This document shows, in pieces, positions 16,370 to 24,721 of a DNA stretch of 29,284 nt. Both the position numbers and the translations under genes were made by a program. How positions within the stretch are numbered: the first letter of the stretch is position 1; each line of letters opens with the position of its first letter. The notes under the pieces are model-generated. The model searched no databases, was not told where the DNA came from, and worked only from the letters and a program-made list of their open reading frames with translations. This DNA is from Archangiaceae bacterium (GTDB lineage: Bacteria; Myxococcota; Myxococcia; Myxococcales; Myxococcaceae), in the NCBI GenBank assembly GCA_043750125.1, contig JAYVCD010000298.1, positions 1 through 29,284 on the forward strand. The letters are read 5' to 3'.

Positions 16370-19300
16370 ATGCCGGCCCTACGAGTTTTCCCAGATGCAG
16401 ACCGGGTCGAGCAGGCCTTGCTCGAGGCGGCCTCGGCGCACGCGTTCGTCGATGCGACGGGCTACGTGTCGATCGCCTGGCTGGTCGAAGCGTGCGAGCC
16501 GGCGCGGTGGTTGAAGAAGAGTCCCGTCGACCCGTTGGGCGCGCGGTTGTTGATGGCCACCGCCGCCCGCGCGCTGGGGCCCGATGCGTTCGGGGACTAT
16601 GCGCGCGAGCCGGCGTTCGCCCGGTCCGCGTGGGACCTCGTGCAGCAGCTGAAGCTCCAGGACACCGGGCCTTTGGATCTCGAAGGCGCGATTGCCGCTC
16701 TGGGCCAGGCCCCTCATCTGCGGCTCGACTGCCTGCTGCGGCTGTGGTGCGAGTACGAACGGCGGCTGGCCGAGCAGCACCTGGCCGATCGCGGCGACCT
16801 GTTGCGGGCGGCGGCCGATCGCCTTTCCAAAGAGCTGCCCCCGCGGCTACAGCACTTCACCCAGGTCGAGGTGCACCACCTTCACGATCTTCCGCCCGCC
16901 CGCGCTCGACTGCTGCAGGCGCTGGCGACCACCTGCCACGCGCGAAAGTTGCCGGTGAAGGTGACCTTGCCGGCGGCGAACAATCCGCAAATCGACGTGT
17001 TGGTAAACGAGGCCTTCGCTGGAATGGAAAAGGCGTGGCAAGGGCTCGATGTCGATGCCTGGCCCGAAGTCCCCAACGCGCCGCTGGCGTGGATTGGGGG
17101 AACGCTGTTCGCAGACAGCCTTCCGCCGCAGACCGCTCCCAACCTTCACGCCTTCAGCGCCGCGACTCCGCGCGACGAGGCCCGGCAAATCGCCCACCAG
17201 GTCCGCGCACTGCTGGACCGCGGTACGGCTCCGGAGCAGGTGGCGATCGTCTTTCGCGACCTGGGCGATGACGCTGAAGCGATCGTCGAGGCCCTCGAAG
17301 AGGTGGGGGTTCCCGCTCGGGTGCGGCTGGGGATGCCGCTGGGAGCGACCGCTCCAGGTCGCCTCGCCCTCTTGCTTCCCCAGCTCGTCGAAGACGGCTT
17401 TCCCGTCGGCGGGGTGCTGGCCGTGCTCGAGAGCCGCTACGCGCCGAAGGTCTCACGGCATGCACCCGACGCTGCGCACTGGTTCGGATTTGCCGGGTTG
17501 CGCGATGACGTGTTGGGCGCAGAAGGCCGGCGCGGCGCCTACGAGGTCCGGCTGGGGGCGCTGGCCGACCGGCTCAAAGATCAGGACGCGAAGGAAGTTC
17601 GCAAGCTGGCCGATCGCGTGGCCCTGTTAATCCAATCGGGGAAGTTGCTGCGCGAATCGGCGACCGCACTCGAGTTCCTTTCCGGCTGGCAGAAGATGCT
17701 CGAGGTTCTCGGGCTCTCAGAAGGGCTGCAGGGGCAGGAATCGCGCGACTCGGAAGGCACCGCGCTCGGACGCGCCGTCGAGCGTGCGCTGGCCCGGGAC
17801 CAGGCCGCCGGTGAGGCGTTGATCAGCTTCTTCGAAGTGCTGCATCAGTCGCTGGTCACCTCGGGCGGTGGCGATCAGACGCTCAGCCGCCGGGACTTCG
17901 TGCGGCTGCTGGCCGATGCGGCCCGCGACATCAACCTTCAGGCCCGCGGGCCCCGCAGTGGCAGCGTGCGGGTGCTCGACGTCCGGGCCATCGCCGGGCT
18001 GAAATTCTCGCACGTGTTCATCGGTGGGCTGGTCGACGGGCGCTTTCCGGGCCGCCCGAACCCTTTGTCGCTGGTGACCGAAGACGAACGAGGGGCGCTC
18101 AACGCGGTGCGGCCCCGCCTCTTTCGCCTCGGCGTCGGTGACGGAGAGCTCAACCTGCCCCTGCGCCAGGCCGAAGACCGCTTGTTGTTTCACCTGGGGC
18201 TGTGCGCCGGAAGCTCGGTGACCTTGTCCCGCGCGCGAACCGATGCCGGCGGGCGCGAGCTGATCGCCTCGCCATTCCTCGATGAGCTGAAGCGGGTGGT
18301 CCCCGGCTTTCACGAAACGGCGATTCCGCGAAGCGCCGTGCCCCTGCTGCAAAACGTCAGATCCCGAGCGGACTTCCAGGCGCGCGTCGCTCTCGAGGCG
18401 CTCAGTCCACCCACCAGCCGCCTGTCGGGTCCGTCTGCGTTGGGGTCCACCTTTTTGCGGACGTTCGCCCTCGAGCCCTGGCTTCAGCGTGCGTCGAGCG
18501 TCTGCCAGATGGAAACCGAGCGGCTGCGCTTCTTCACCGACCCCGAGCTCGAGGCCCGCCCCTTCAGCGGAGCCCTGACCACCCCTGCTTTCGTTTCCGC
18601 CCGCCAGAAGTGGTTTGCCTTCGATGCCACCACCGGGCTGAGCGTCAGCGCGTTGGGCCGCTACGGCAACTGCGCCTTCGCCGGAGTGCTCTCTCAACTG
18701 CTCCGGCTCGAGGCGGTCGAAGAGCAGGGCGAGGAGCCCGATGCCCGGACCCGCGGGACATTCTGGCACCTGGTCTTCGAGCAGCTGATGCCGCAGATGA
18801 AAGCCCAGGGTTGGTTGGGGCTGCCGGTGAGCGCGTTGCCTGCGACGCAGCTCGACGCGTTGATCGACAAGGCGATCGACGAGGCAGCCCGGAAGGCCGA
18901 GACGCACCATGCGGTGGGTCACCCCGCGCTGTGGAAGTTGGGGCGAGAGAAGGCCCGGCGAATGGTGCGCCGAGTCCTCTATTCGGAAAACGAAGGCCAG
19001 CCGTTCAAAGATCAGCAGTGGCTGCCCGAAGCGGTCGAGGTCGTTTTCGGGCACCGCGCGACCGACGATCGGTTCAAAGCCGTGGTGGCTCCCGCCGCGC
19101 GCCCCGGGGAAAAGGATGTGTTTCTCAATGGAAAAATCGACCGTTACGACCTCGGGCCCAATGGCGCAGGAGTCGTCGACTACAAGGGCGGCCGGAAGAA
19201 CAAGAACGCCCGCCGCGAGCTGCTGCTGAGCGATTTTCAGCTGCCCGCCTACGTGCTCGCGCTGCGCCAGGCGCTGAAGCTTCCGAAGAACGACGCCGCC

Positions 19301-19567
19301 TGGCTGTACCTGGGAGATCAGTGCACCAGCTCGCTCTCGAAGCTGCTGGGCAAAGAGCAGACCCTCGATGAGCTGATGGCGCTCGACCTCGACACCCGCG
19401 ATCGCCTCGAGCGCGAAGGGAAAAAGAACTTCGCCAACGCGGTGCACGACGTGGCCGGCCAGCTGCGGGCGGGTGATGTCGGCGCGCGCCCCGAAGACTG
19501 CAGTCGATGCAGCTTCAAGCGGGTCTGCCGGATCTCGCAGCGTCGAATCGCTGAGGAATTCGCCTGA
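16370..19567 (+). CDS. addB: AddB/RexB-like PD-(D/E)XK nuclease subunit
   Basis: Inactive helicase-like body (EARQIAHQVRALL, QVAIVFRD, VFIGGLVDGRFP, EDRLLFH); nuclease motifs GKIDR…VVDYKG…QLPAY; four Fe-S Cys (YGNC…CSRCSFKRVC); TGATG coupling to addA. Confidence 0.85.
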   Translation: MPALRVFPDADRVEQALLEAASAHAFVDATGYVSIAWLVEACEPARWLKKSPVDPLGARLLMATAARALGPDAFGDYAREPAFARSAWDLVQQLKLQDTGPLDLEGAIAALGQAPHLRLDCLLRLWCEYERRLAEQHLADRGDLLRAAADRLSKELPPRLQHFTQVEVHHLHDLPPARARLLQALATTCHARKLPVKVTLPAANNPQIDVLVNEAFAGMEKAWQGLDVDAWPEVPNAPLAWIGGTLFADSLPPQTAPNLHAFSAATPRDEARQIAHQVRALLDRGTAPEQVAIVFRDLGDDAEAIVEALEEVGVPARVRLGMPLGATAPGRLALLLPQLVEDGFPVGGVLAVLESRYAPKVSRHAPDAAHWFGFAGLRDDVLGAEGRRGAYEVRLGALADRLKDQDAKEVRKLADRVALLIQSGKLLRESATALEFLSGWQKMLEVLGLSEGLQGQESRDSEGTALGRAVERALARDQAAGEALISFFEVLHQSLVTSGGGDQTLSRRDFVRLLADAARDINLQARGPRSGSVRVLDVRAIAGLKFSHVFIGGLVDGRFPGRPNPLSLVTEDERGALNAVRPRLFRLGVGDGELNLPLRQAEDRLLFHLGLCAGSSVTLSRARTDAGGRELIASPFLDELKRVVPGFHETAIPRSAVPLLQNVRSRADFQARVALEALSPPTSRLSGPSALGSTFLRTFALEPWLQRASSVCQMETERLRFFTDPELEARPFSGALTTPAFVSARQKWFAFDATTGLSVSALGRYGNCAFAGVLSQLLRLEAVEEQGEEPDARTRGTFWHLVFEQLMPQMKAQGWLGLPVSALPATQLDALIDKAIDEAARKAETHHAVGHPALWKLGREKARRMVRRVLYSENEGQPFKDQQWLPEAVEVVFGHRATDDRFKAVVAPAARPGEKDVFLNGKIDRYDLGPNGAGVVDYKGGRKNKNARRELLLSDFQLPAYVLALRQALKLPKNDAAWLYLGDQCTSSLSKLLGKEQTLDELMALDLDTRDRLEREGKKNFANAVHDVAGQLRAGDVGARPEDCSRCSFKRVCRISQRRIAEEFA

Positions 19568-22500
19568 TGGCGAAGCACAAGCCAAACCCCGACCAGTTCG
19601 GCCTGTTCGATTCTCTGGCGCCACCCCCGCGGGCGTCGGCGGGCCGCGGTGCTCAGCCGCTGCTTCCGATGGATCTGGGGCCCGTCCTCGAGGTTCCGGC
19701 CCCCGCGTTGGAAGACATCCGCTGGACGCCGAAGAGATCTTCGAGCGGGACCCTCGAGCTGGCCGAGGCGCTGCGGCTGGAATGCAACCTGGCCCTGATG
19801 GCCGGCGCGGGGACGGGGAAGACGTACAGCCTGATCACGCTGTGCCTGCATTTGTTGGCGGGCGCGCGCCACGCCGGGACGGGGCCGCTGGATCCCTCGC
19901 GGTTGTGCCTGGTCACGTTCACCGACAAGGGGGCCAGCGAGATGCGCGCGCGGTTGCGACGACGCATCGATGGCCTGGTCCACGGTGAAAACGATGGGGA
20001 CCTGAGCACGTCCTACGCCGTCCTCGCCCAGACGCCGCACCCCCAGAAATTCTGGCGGAAAGTCCGCGACGGCCTGGGCGGAGCGTCGATCGGCACCTTC
20101 CACGGCCTGTGCGTGCAGCTGGTGCGGCGAGCGCCGGCGGGCTCGGGAATCAACCCGACCTTCGAGCTGCTCGACGAACGCTCGGCTTCCGAGCTGCTCA
20201 GTGACACGGTCGAGCGGGTCGTGCTCGGAGCTCTGGAACGCGAAGAAACCGCAGTCGTCGACCTGTGCCGCGAGTACGACTTCGCCGGGGGCTATGCCGG
20301 TGGGCTGGTCACCTGGCTGGGGCGAATCTGGGCGCGCATTCGGGAAGAGGGGCTCGACCCGCGGCTGGTCGCAACCGGAGACGAAGCGCGCGCTCGCCTG
20401 GCGTTCGCCCAACAGCTCGAAGAGACACGTCGAACGGTCGGGCTCGCCCGTTCCCCGAAGACCGAGGACAAGACGCGCTACGCGCTGGCCGCGCTGGACG
20501 GAATGACGGTCGACAACGCGCACGAGAAGCCCCGACTTCATGATCTGGAAGAGACCTACAAGTCTTCGCCTTCGCCGGCGTTGACCCCCACCAAGAAGGC
20601 GATTCAAGCGCTGCGATCGGCGTATGGGGCGTGGCGGGTCGCTCCGTACGAGCAGACCGTGCGCTCGCTGTTGGTCCAGTTGCAGACGGCGTACGCCCGC
20701 GCCCTCGAGAAGAAGGGTGCGCTCGATTTCACCGGGCTGTTGGTGACCGCACGGGATCTGCTTCGGGACCACCCCGACTTTCGGCGCGAGGCGCAGCAGC
20801 GTTTCGGGGCACTGCTGGTCGATGAGTTCCAGGACACCAACCGGCTGCAGCTCGAGCTGGTGATGTTGTTGTCAGAGAAGCGCGCGGGTTCAAGGGCGGC
20901 CCTGACTCCCGCGTTCGCCGCCGATTTGGGCGATGAGATCCTCAAGCTGCCTCTCGAGCCGGCTTTTCTGTGTGCGGTCGGAGACCCAAAGCAGTCGATT
21001 TACGAATTTCGCGGCGCGGACGTGAGCGTCTTCGAGCGGCTGGCCCATCACATCGTGGACGAAGGAGGGGGCAGGGCGTTCCTCACCCAGTCCCGACGCG
21101 CGACCCCCGAGTTGGTCGAGTTCTTCAACGGCGCCTTTGCGCGGGTGATGCCTCTGCTGCCGCAGGCCCGCCCCTGGGACATTGCTTTCACCGCCAACGA
21201 TCACCTCACCGCCCACAGGCCCCCAGAGCCGCAGGCCGCCTCCGCTCATCCCGAGAGTCAGGCCTCCGCTCATCCCGAGAGTCAGGCCTCCGCTCATCCC
21301 GAGAGTCAGGCCTCCGCTCATCCCGAGAGCAGTCGAGGGACGCGCTGCGTGACGCGCCTGGTCTCGAGCCTCGATCGCTCGAAGTTGAAGGTCGATGAAT
21401 GGCGGGCGGCCGACGCCTCTGCGATCGCCCGTTATGTGGCGTGGCTGCTGCGCGGCTCGGGGACGATCGTCCACCCCAGAGACGAAGCGCCCCGGCCGCT
21501 TCGCGGAGGGGACGTAGCGCTGCTCTTTCGCCGCTTCACCCAGGTCGAGCTCTACCGCCAGGCGCTGGCCAGGCATGCGGTTCCGCATCGGGTGGTGCGG
21601 GGCCGCGGGTTCTTCGGGGCGCAGGAAGTCATCGACCTGGCGTGCCTGCTGGGCGTGGTCGCCGACCCTTCCGACACGGTGTCGCTGGCCGCCGTCCTGC
21701 GCAGCCCCCTGGTCGGCCTCACCGACGGTGCGCTGATCGCCCTGGGCGCCGACAAAGGCCTTCGTCCGCGGCAAGTGCTCGAGCACCCCGAGCTCGACTC
21801 CACCCTGCTTGAGAGCTGGGAAAAAGAGCGCCTCACCGCCTTCCGACAGGTGTGGAATCAACTGCGCGGCGAGCGCGACCGGCTCGGGCTGCGCTCTTTG
21901 CTGAAGGTTGCGCTCGAGCAGACCGGCTATCGCACCAACATCGCCGCCGCGCCTTTTGGAGAGCAGGCGCTGGCGAACCTCGACAAGCTGCTCGAGCTCG
22001 CCGCCGCACGTGACGCCCGCGGCATGGGCTGCGCGTCCTTTGCCCGTGAGCTGTTGGTGCTCTCAGAGACGGTTCCGCTCGAAGCTCAAGGCGAGGTCAT
22101 CGATGACGCCGACGCCGAAGCGGTCACCCTCTGCACGGTCCATCAATCGAAGGGGCTCGAGTGGCCGGTGGTGGTGTTGCCCGAGCTGTTTGCCAAGCGC
22201 CCTCCGGACAGCGACGCGCTGCGCTTCGACCGCGACCAGGGGCTGTCGCTTCGTCCCCCCGACGCCGATGACGGACGGCTGAAGTCCGATCGCCACACCC
22301 GCCTGGGCGACGAGCGCGAATCTCGCAGCAAGGCCGAGCAGCGGCGGCTCTTCTACGTGGCGATGACCCGCGCCCGCGACCACGTCGTGCTGGGGCTGGC
22401 GGTGGGGAAGGATCCCGACTTCGCTGAGCTCGCGCTCGAGGCGGTCAGCGCTCCTGAAGGGTTGCTGGATCCCGCGGTCGGCGAGCCCCAGGCGAATCGA

Positions 22501-23412
22501 CACGTGGAAGAAGTCGACGACTCGACGCTGACCGTCCCACCGCCGCCCCCGGTGCCGCAAGTTCCCGCTGACGCCGAGGCCCAGGCGCAGGTGATCATCG
22601 ATCGGGTTTTGAACGCACCGGCTCCGCAGTCGAAGGGGGCCTGTCTGCCGGTGACTCAGCTGCAGGACTTCGTGTTGTGCCCGCGCAGGTATCGCTTCGC
22701 GCACCTCGTCGGGCTGGCCGAGCGGCCCGTCGCCTTCACCTGGTCCACCGAGCCCAGCGAGTCCGAAGAGCCCTCGGTCGATCCCCGGCTGCGTGGAATT
22801 GCCGCCCACAAGTTGCTCGAGCTGACTCCGCTCGAGGCGGTGGGGACGGGGAAGCTGACCGACCGGCTGCTCGAGATTGCACGCCTCGAAGGGCTGCTGC
22901 CCCCGCCGGGAGTGGTGGAGTGGGTCGAGCGTTTCTGGGCGACGAAGTTTGGAAAGCAGCTCAAAGCCGCGGGAGTGCAGCGCGTTCACCGCGAGCTGCC
23001 CTTCATGCTGCGGCTCGATGACGGCCAGGGCTTCACCCTGATGTTGCGCGGACAAATCGACCTGCTGGTCGAGCAGGGTGACGGCAGCGCGCAGGTGGTC
23101 GACTACAAGACCACCCGCCAGCCTGCCGATGGGCTGGCCGCCTATTCCTTTCAGCTCGGGTGCTACGCGCTGGCGGCGGCGAAGTTCGTCAAGCCGGGGA
23201 CGGCGGTCCACACCGGGATCAGCTTCCTGCGCGACGAGGACCCGAGCCCCTTGTTCCAGACGGCTCCTCCCGGCCTCGAGGCCTCGCTCGCAGGCCAGGC
23301 CAGAGCGCTGGTGCAAGCGCAGCTTTCCGGACGGTGGGACGGGCGGGAAAAGAAGCAGTGCGAGGCGATCGGCTGCGGGTACATCTACCGCTGCCACCCC
23401 CCTGAGCTTTGA
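19567..23412 (+). CDS. addA: AddA/RexA-like UvrD-family helicase-nuclease
   Basis: SF1 motifs AGAGTGKT, VTFTDKGASEM, TFHG, VDEFQDTN, VGDPKQSIYEFRGAD, TVHQSKGLEW, RLFYVAMTRARD; C-terminal GQIDLL…VDYKT…QL..Y nuclease. Confidence 0.9.
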   Translation: MAKHKPNPDQFGLFDSLAPPPRASAGRGAQPLLPMDLGPVLEVPAPALEDIRWTPKRSSSGTLELAEALRLECNLALMAGAGTGKTYSLITLCLHLLAGARHAGTGPLDPSRLCLVTFTDKGASEMRARLRRRIDGLVHGENDGDLSTSYAVLAQTPHPQKFWRKVRDGLGGASIGTFHGLCVQLVRRAPAGSGINPTFELLDERSASELLSDTVERVVLGALEREETAVVDLCREYDFAGGYAGGLVTWLGRIWARIREEGLDPRLVATGDEARARLAFAQQLEETRRTVGLARSPKTEDKTRYALAALDGMTVDNAHEKPRLHDLEETYKSSPSPALTPTKKAIQALRSAYGAWRVAPYEQTVRSLLVQLQTAYARALEKKGALDFTGLLVTARDLLRDHPDFRREAQQRFGALLVDEFQDTNRLQLELVMLLSEKRAGSRAALTPAFAADLGDEILKLPLEPAFLCAVGDPKQSIYEFRGADVSVFERLAHHIVDEGGGRAFLTQSRRATPELVEFFNGAFARVMPLLPQARPWDIAFTANDHLTAHRPPEPQAASAHPESQASAHPESQASAHPESQASAHPESSRGTRCVTRLVSSLDRSKLKVDEWRAADASAIARYVAWLLRGSGTIVHPRDEAPRPLRGGDVALLFRRFTQVELYRQALARHAVPHRVVRGRGFFGAQEVIDLACLLGVVADPSDTVSLAAVLRSPLVGLTDGALIALGADKGLRPRQVLEHPELDSTLLESWEKERLTAFRQVWNQLRGERDRLGLRSLLKVALEQTGYRTNIAAAPFGEQALANLDKLLELAAARDARGMGCASFARELLVLSETVPLEAQGEVIDDADAEAVTLCTVHQSKGLEWPVVVLPELFAKRPPDSDALRFDRDQGLSLRPPDADDGRLKSDRHTRLGDERESRSKAEQRRLFYVAMTRARDHVVLGLAVGKDPDFAELALEAVSAPEGLLDPAVGEPQANRHVEEVDDSTLTVPPPPPVPQVPADAEAQAQVIIDRVLNAPAPQSKGACLPVTQLQDFVLCPRRYRFAHLVGLAERPVAFTWSTEPSESEEPSVDPRLRGIAAHKLLELTPLEAVGTGKLTDRLLEIARLEGLLPPPGVVEWVERFWATKFGKQLKAAGVQRVHRELPFMLRLDDGQGFTLMLRGQIDLLVEQGDGSAQVVDYKTTRQPADGLAAYSFQLGCYALAAAKFVKPGTAVHTGISFLRDEDPSPLFQTAPPGLEASLAGQARALVQAQLSGRWDGREKKQCEAIGCGYIYRCHPPEL
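21238..21340 (+). repeat. 24-bp in-frame tandem repeat (3 perfect + 1 partial; ASAHPESQ) ending in a REP-like element inside addA
   Basis: Unit gcctccgctcatcccgagagtcag at 21238, 21262, 21286 and 21310; the last copy continues as ccgctcatcccgagagcagtcgaggga. Confidence 0.92.
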
Positions 23413-23434
23413 GCCGGCGAATTGAGCTGCTGTT

Positions 23435-24721
23435 TTAGACCTGCAGGCCCAGCGGCTGACCGGTGTTCCGGCACACCCCGCTGCCAAACGAGGTGACCGA
23501 GGTCGCTCCCAGCAGCCCGAGAATTTCGAGGTGGAGATCCGACAGTGGCCGGCGGGTGGCAGGCACAATCTGCTGGCCGAAGCGAAGGTCAGTGCCCGCG
23601 CCACACAGCAGCATCGGCAGGTTCTCAGCCAGGTGCACGTTGCCGTCCGACATGTCCGAGCCGTAGAGCACCAGGGTCTCGGCGAGAAGGTTGGCTGCTT
23701 TGAGCCTTTCCAACAGGTCAGCCAGCAAGCCCACCTGCACCCGGTTCATCTGCTTCAGACGTTCGACGGTCGCGGGCGCGCCGAGGTTGTGCGCGCACGC
23801 GTGGTGACCGGGGCCAGAGCCGAGCTGCTCGGCGTAGTCCATCTGCTCCGAGACGCCAGGTCCGTACATCAAGGTGCCGACGTTCGTGAGCCCACACTGC
23901 ATCGCGAGCACCAACATCTGGTGCATCAGCTGAAAGCGCAGCACGTAGTTGGTGTTGGGCGCCGAGAAGTTCTGCGTGGGCGGCGGAAGGTTGGGGGTGC
24001 AGGTGAAGCCGCCCTGCGCGAGGCTCAACTCCACTTCCCGAACGGTTTCCATGTAGGAGGCCAACACCGGCTGGTAGCTGGCGGGAAGCCGGCTGGACAT
24101 GCGGGTGGCGTCTTTGTGCATCTGGTCGAGCACCGAGCGCTTGCGCGAGTGCAGGTAGCCAATCTGCGCGGCGCTGCCTTCTTCCGCGCCGAACAGCTTG
24201 GCGAACAGCTGGGCCGGGTTGGGAATGGGCGAACGGAACTTGTCGGGCGCCTGCCAGCTGATCCGGTTCAGGTAGTCGTTGGAATACCCGGGGTGATCAT
24301 TGAGCGGGTGCACGTGGTAATAAATTCCGCCGACTTCGAGCGAGCGAATCGAGCCCGGGTGACGATCTGCGACGAACTGGTCGAGCGTCTTCCCGCAGCG
24401 TGCGACGCCGGGGTCGCCCAGCACCATCGGCTCGCACGACAAGAAGCCCGCGCAGTTCTGCCAGTGCGGATCATTTCCCGGAAACCCATTGAACAGCTTG
24501 CGGATCAGCAGGGTGTTGCCCTGCAGGCCCTTCGTCACCAGCGGCTGCAGCGCGTCGGCGAAGGTCCAGTTTCCGTCGACTCCCATCGGCATGTAAGCGC
24601 CGTTGGGGACGTAGGCCCCGATGAAGCGTTTGCGCGTCACTGCGCCTTGCGCGTTCGCGACCAGAGGCAGCGCGAGCTGCAAGCCCATCCACTTGAGCAG
24701 GGTTCGGCGCGAGGGATTCAT
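23435..24721 (-). CDS. DUF1552 domain protein
   Basis: MNPSRRTLLKWMG..LALP Tat-like start; KRFIGAYVPNG, TLDQ..A, RSLEVG, ISW, P..LF.KLFG, RKRSVLD, SDMSDGNVH, LPMLLCG; ATGA overlap with the upstream gene. Confidence 0.9.
   Translation of the reverse strand: MNPSRRTLLKWMGLQLALPLVANAQGAVTRKRFIGAYVPNGAYMPMGVDGNWTFADALQPLVTKGLQGNTLLIRKLFNGFPGNDPHWQNCAGFLSCEPMVLGDPGVARCGKTLDQFVADRHPGSIRSLEVGGIYYHVHPLNDHPGYSNDYLNRISWQAPDKFRSPIPNPAQLFAKLFGAEEGSAAQIGYLHSRKRSVLDQMHKDATRMSSRLPASYQPVLASYMETVREVELSLAQGGFTCTPNLPPPTQNFSAPNTNYVLRFQLMHQMLVLAMQCGLTNVGTLMYGPGVSEQMDYAEQLGSGPGHHACAHNLGAPATVERLKQMNRVQVGLLADLLERLKAANLLAETLVLYGSDMSDGNVHLAENLPMLLCGAGTDLRFGQQIVPATRRPLSDLHLEILGLLGATSVTSFGSGVCRNTGQPLGLQV

Noticed and set aside
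21238-21340. Possible CRISPR array
   Set aside because: Repeats are directly adjacent with no spacers, are in frame in a CDS, and no cas genes are present.
17717-23604. Long minus-strand ORFs (635, 484, 323, 513 aa) opposite addB/addA
   Set aside because: Antisense shadows with no recognisable motifs.
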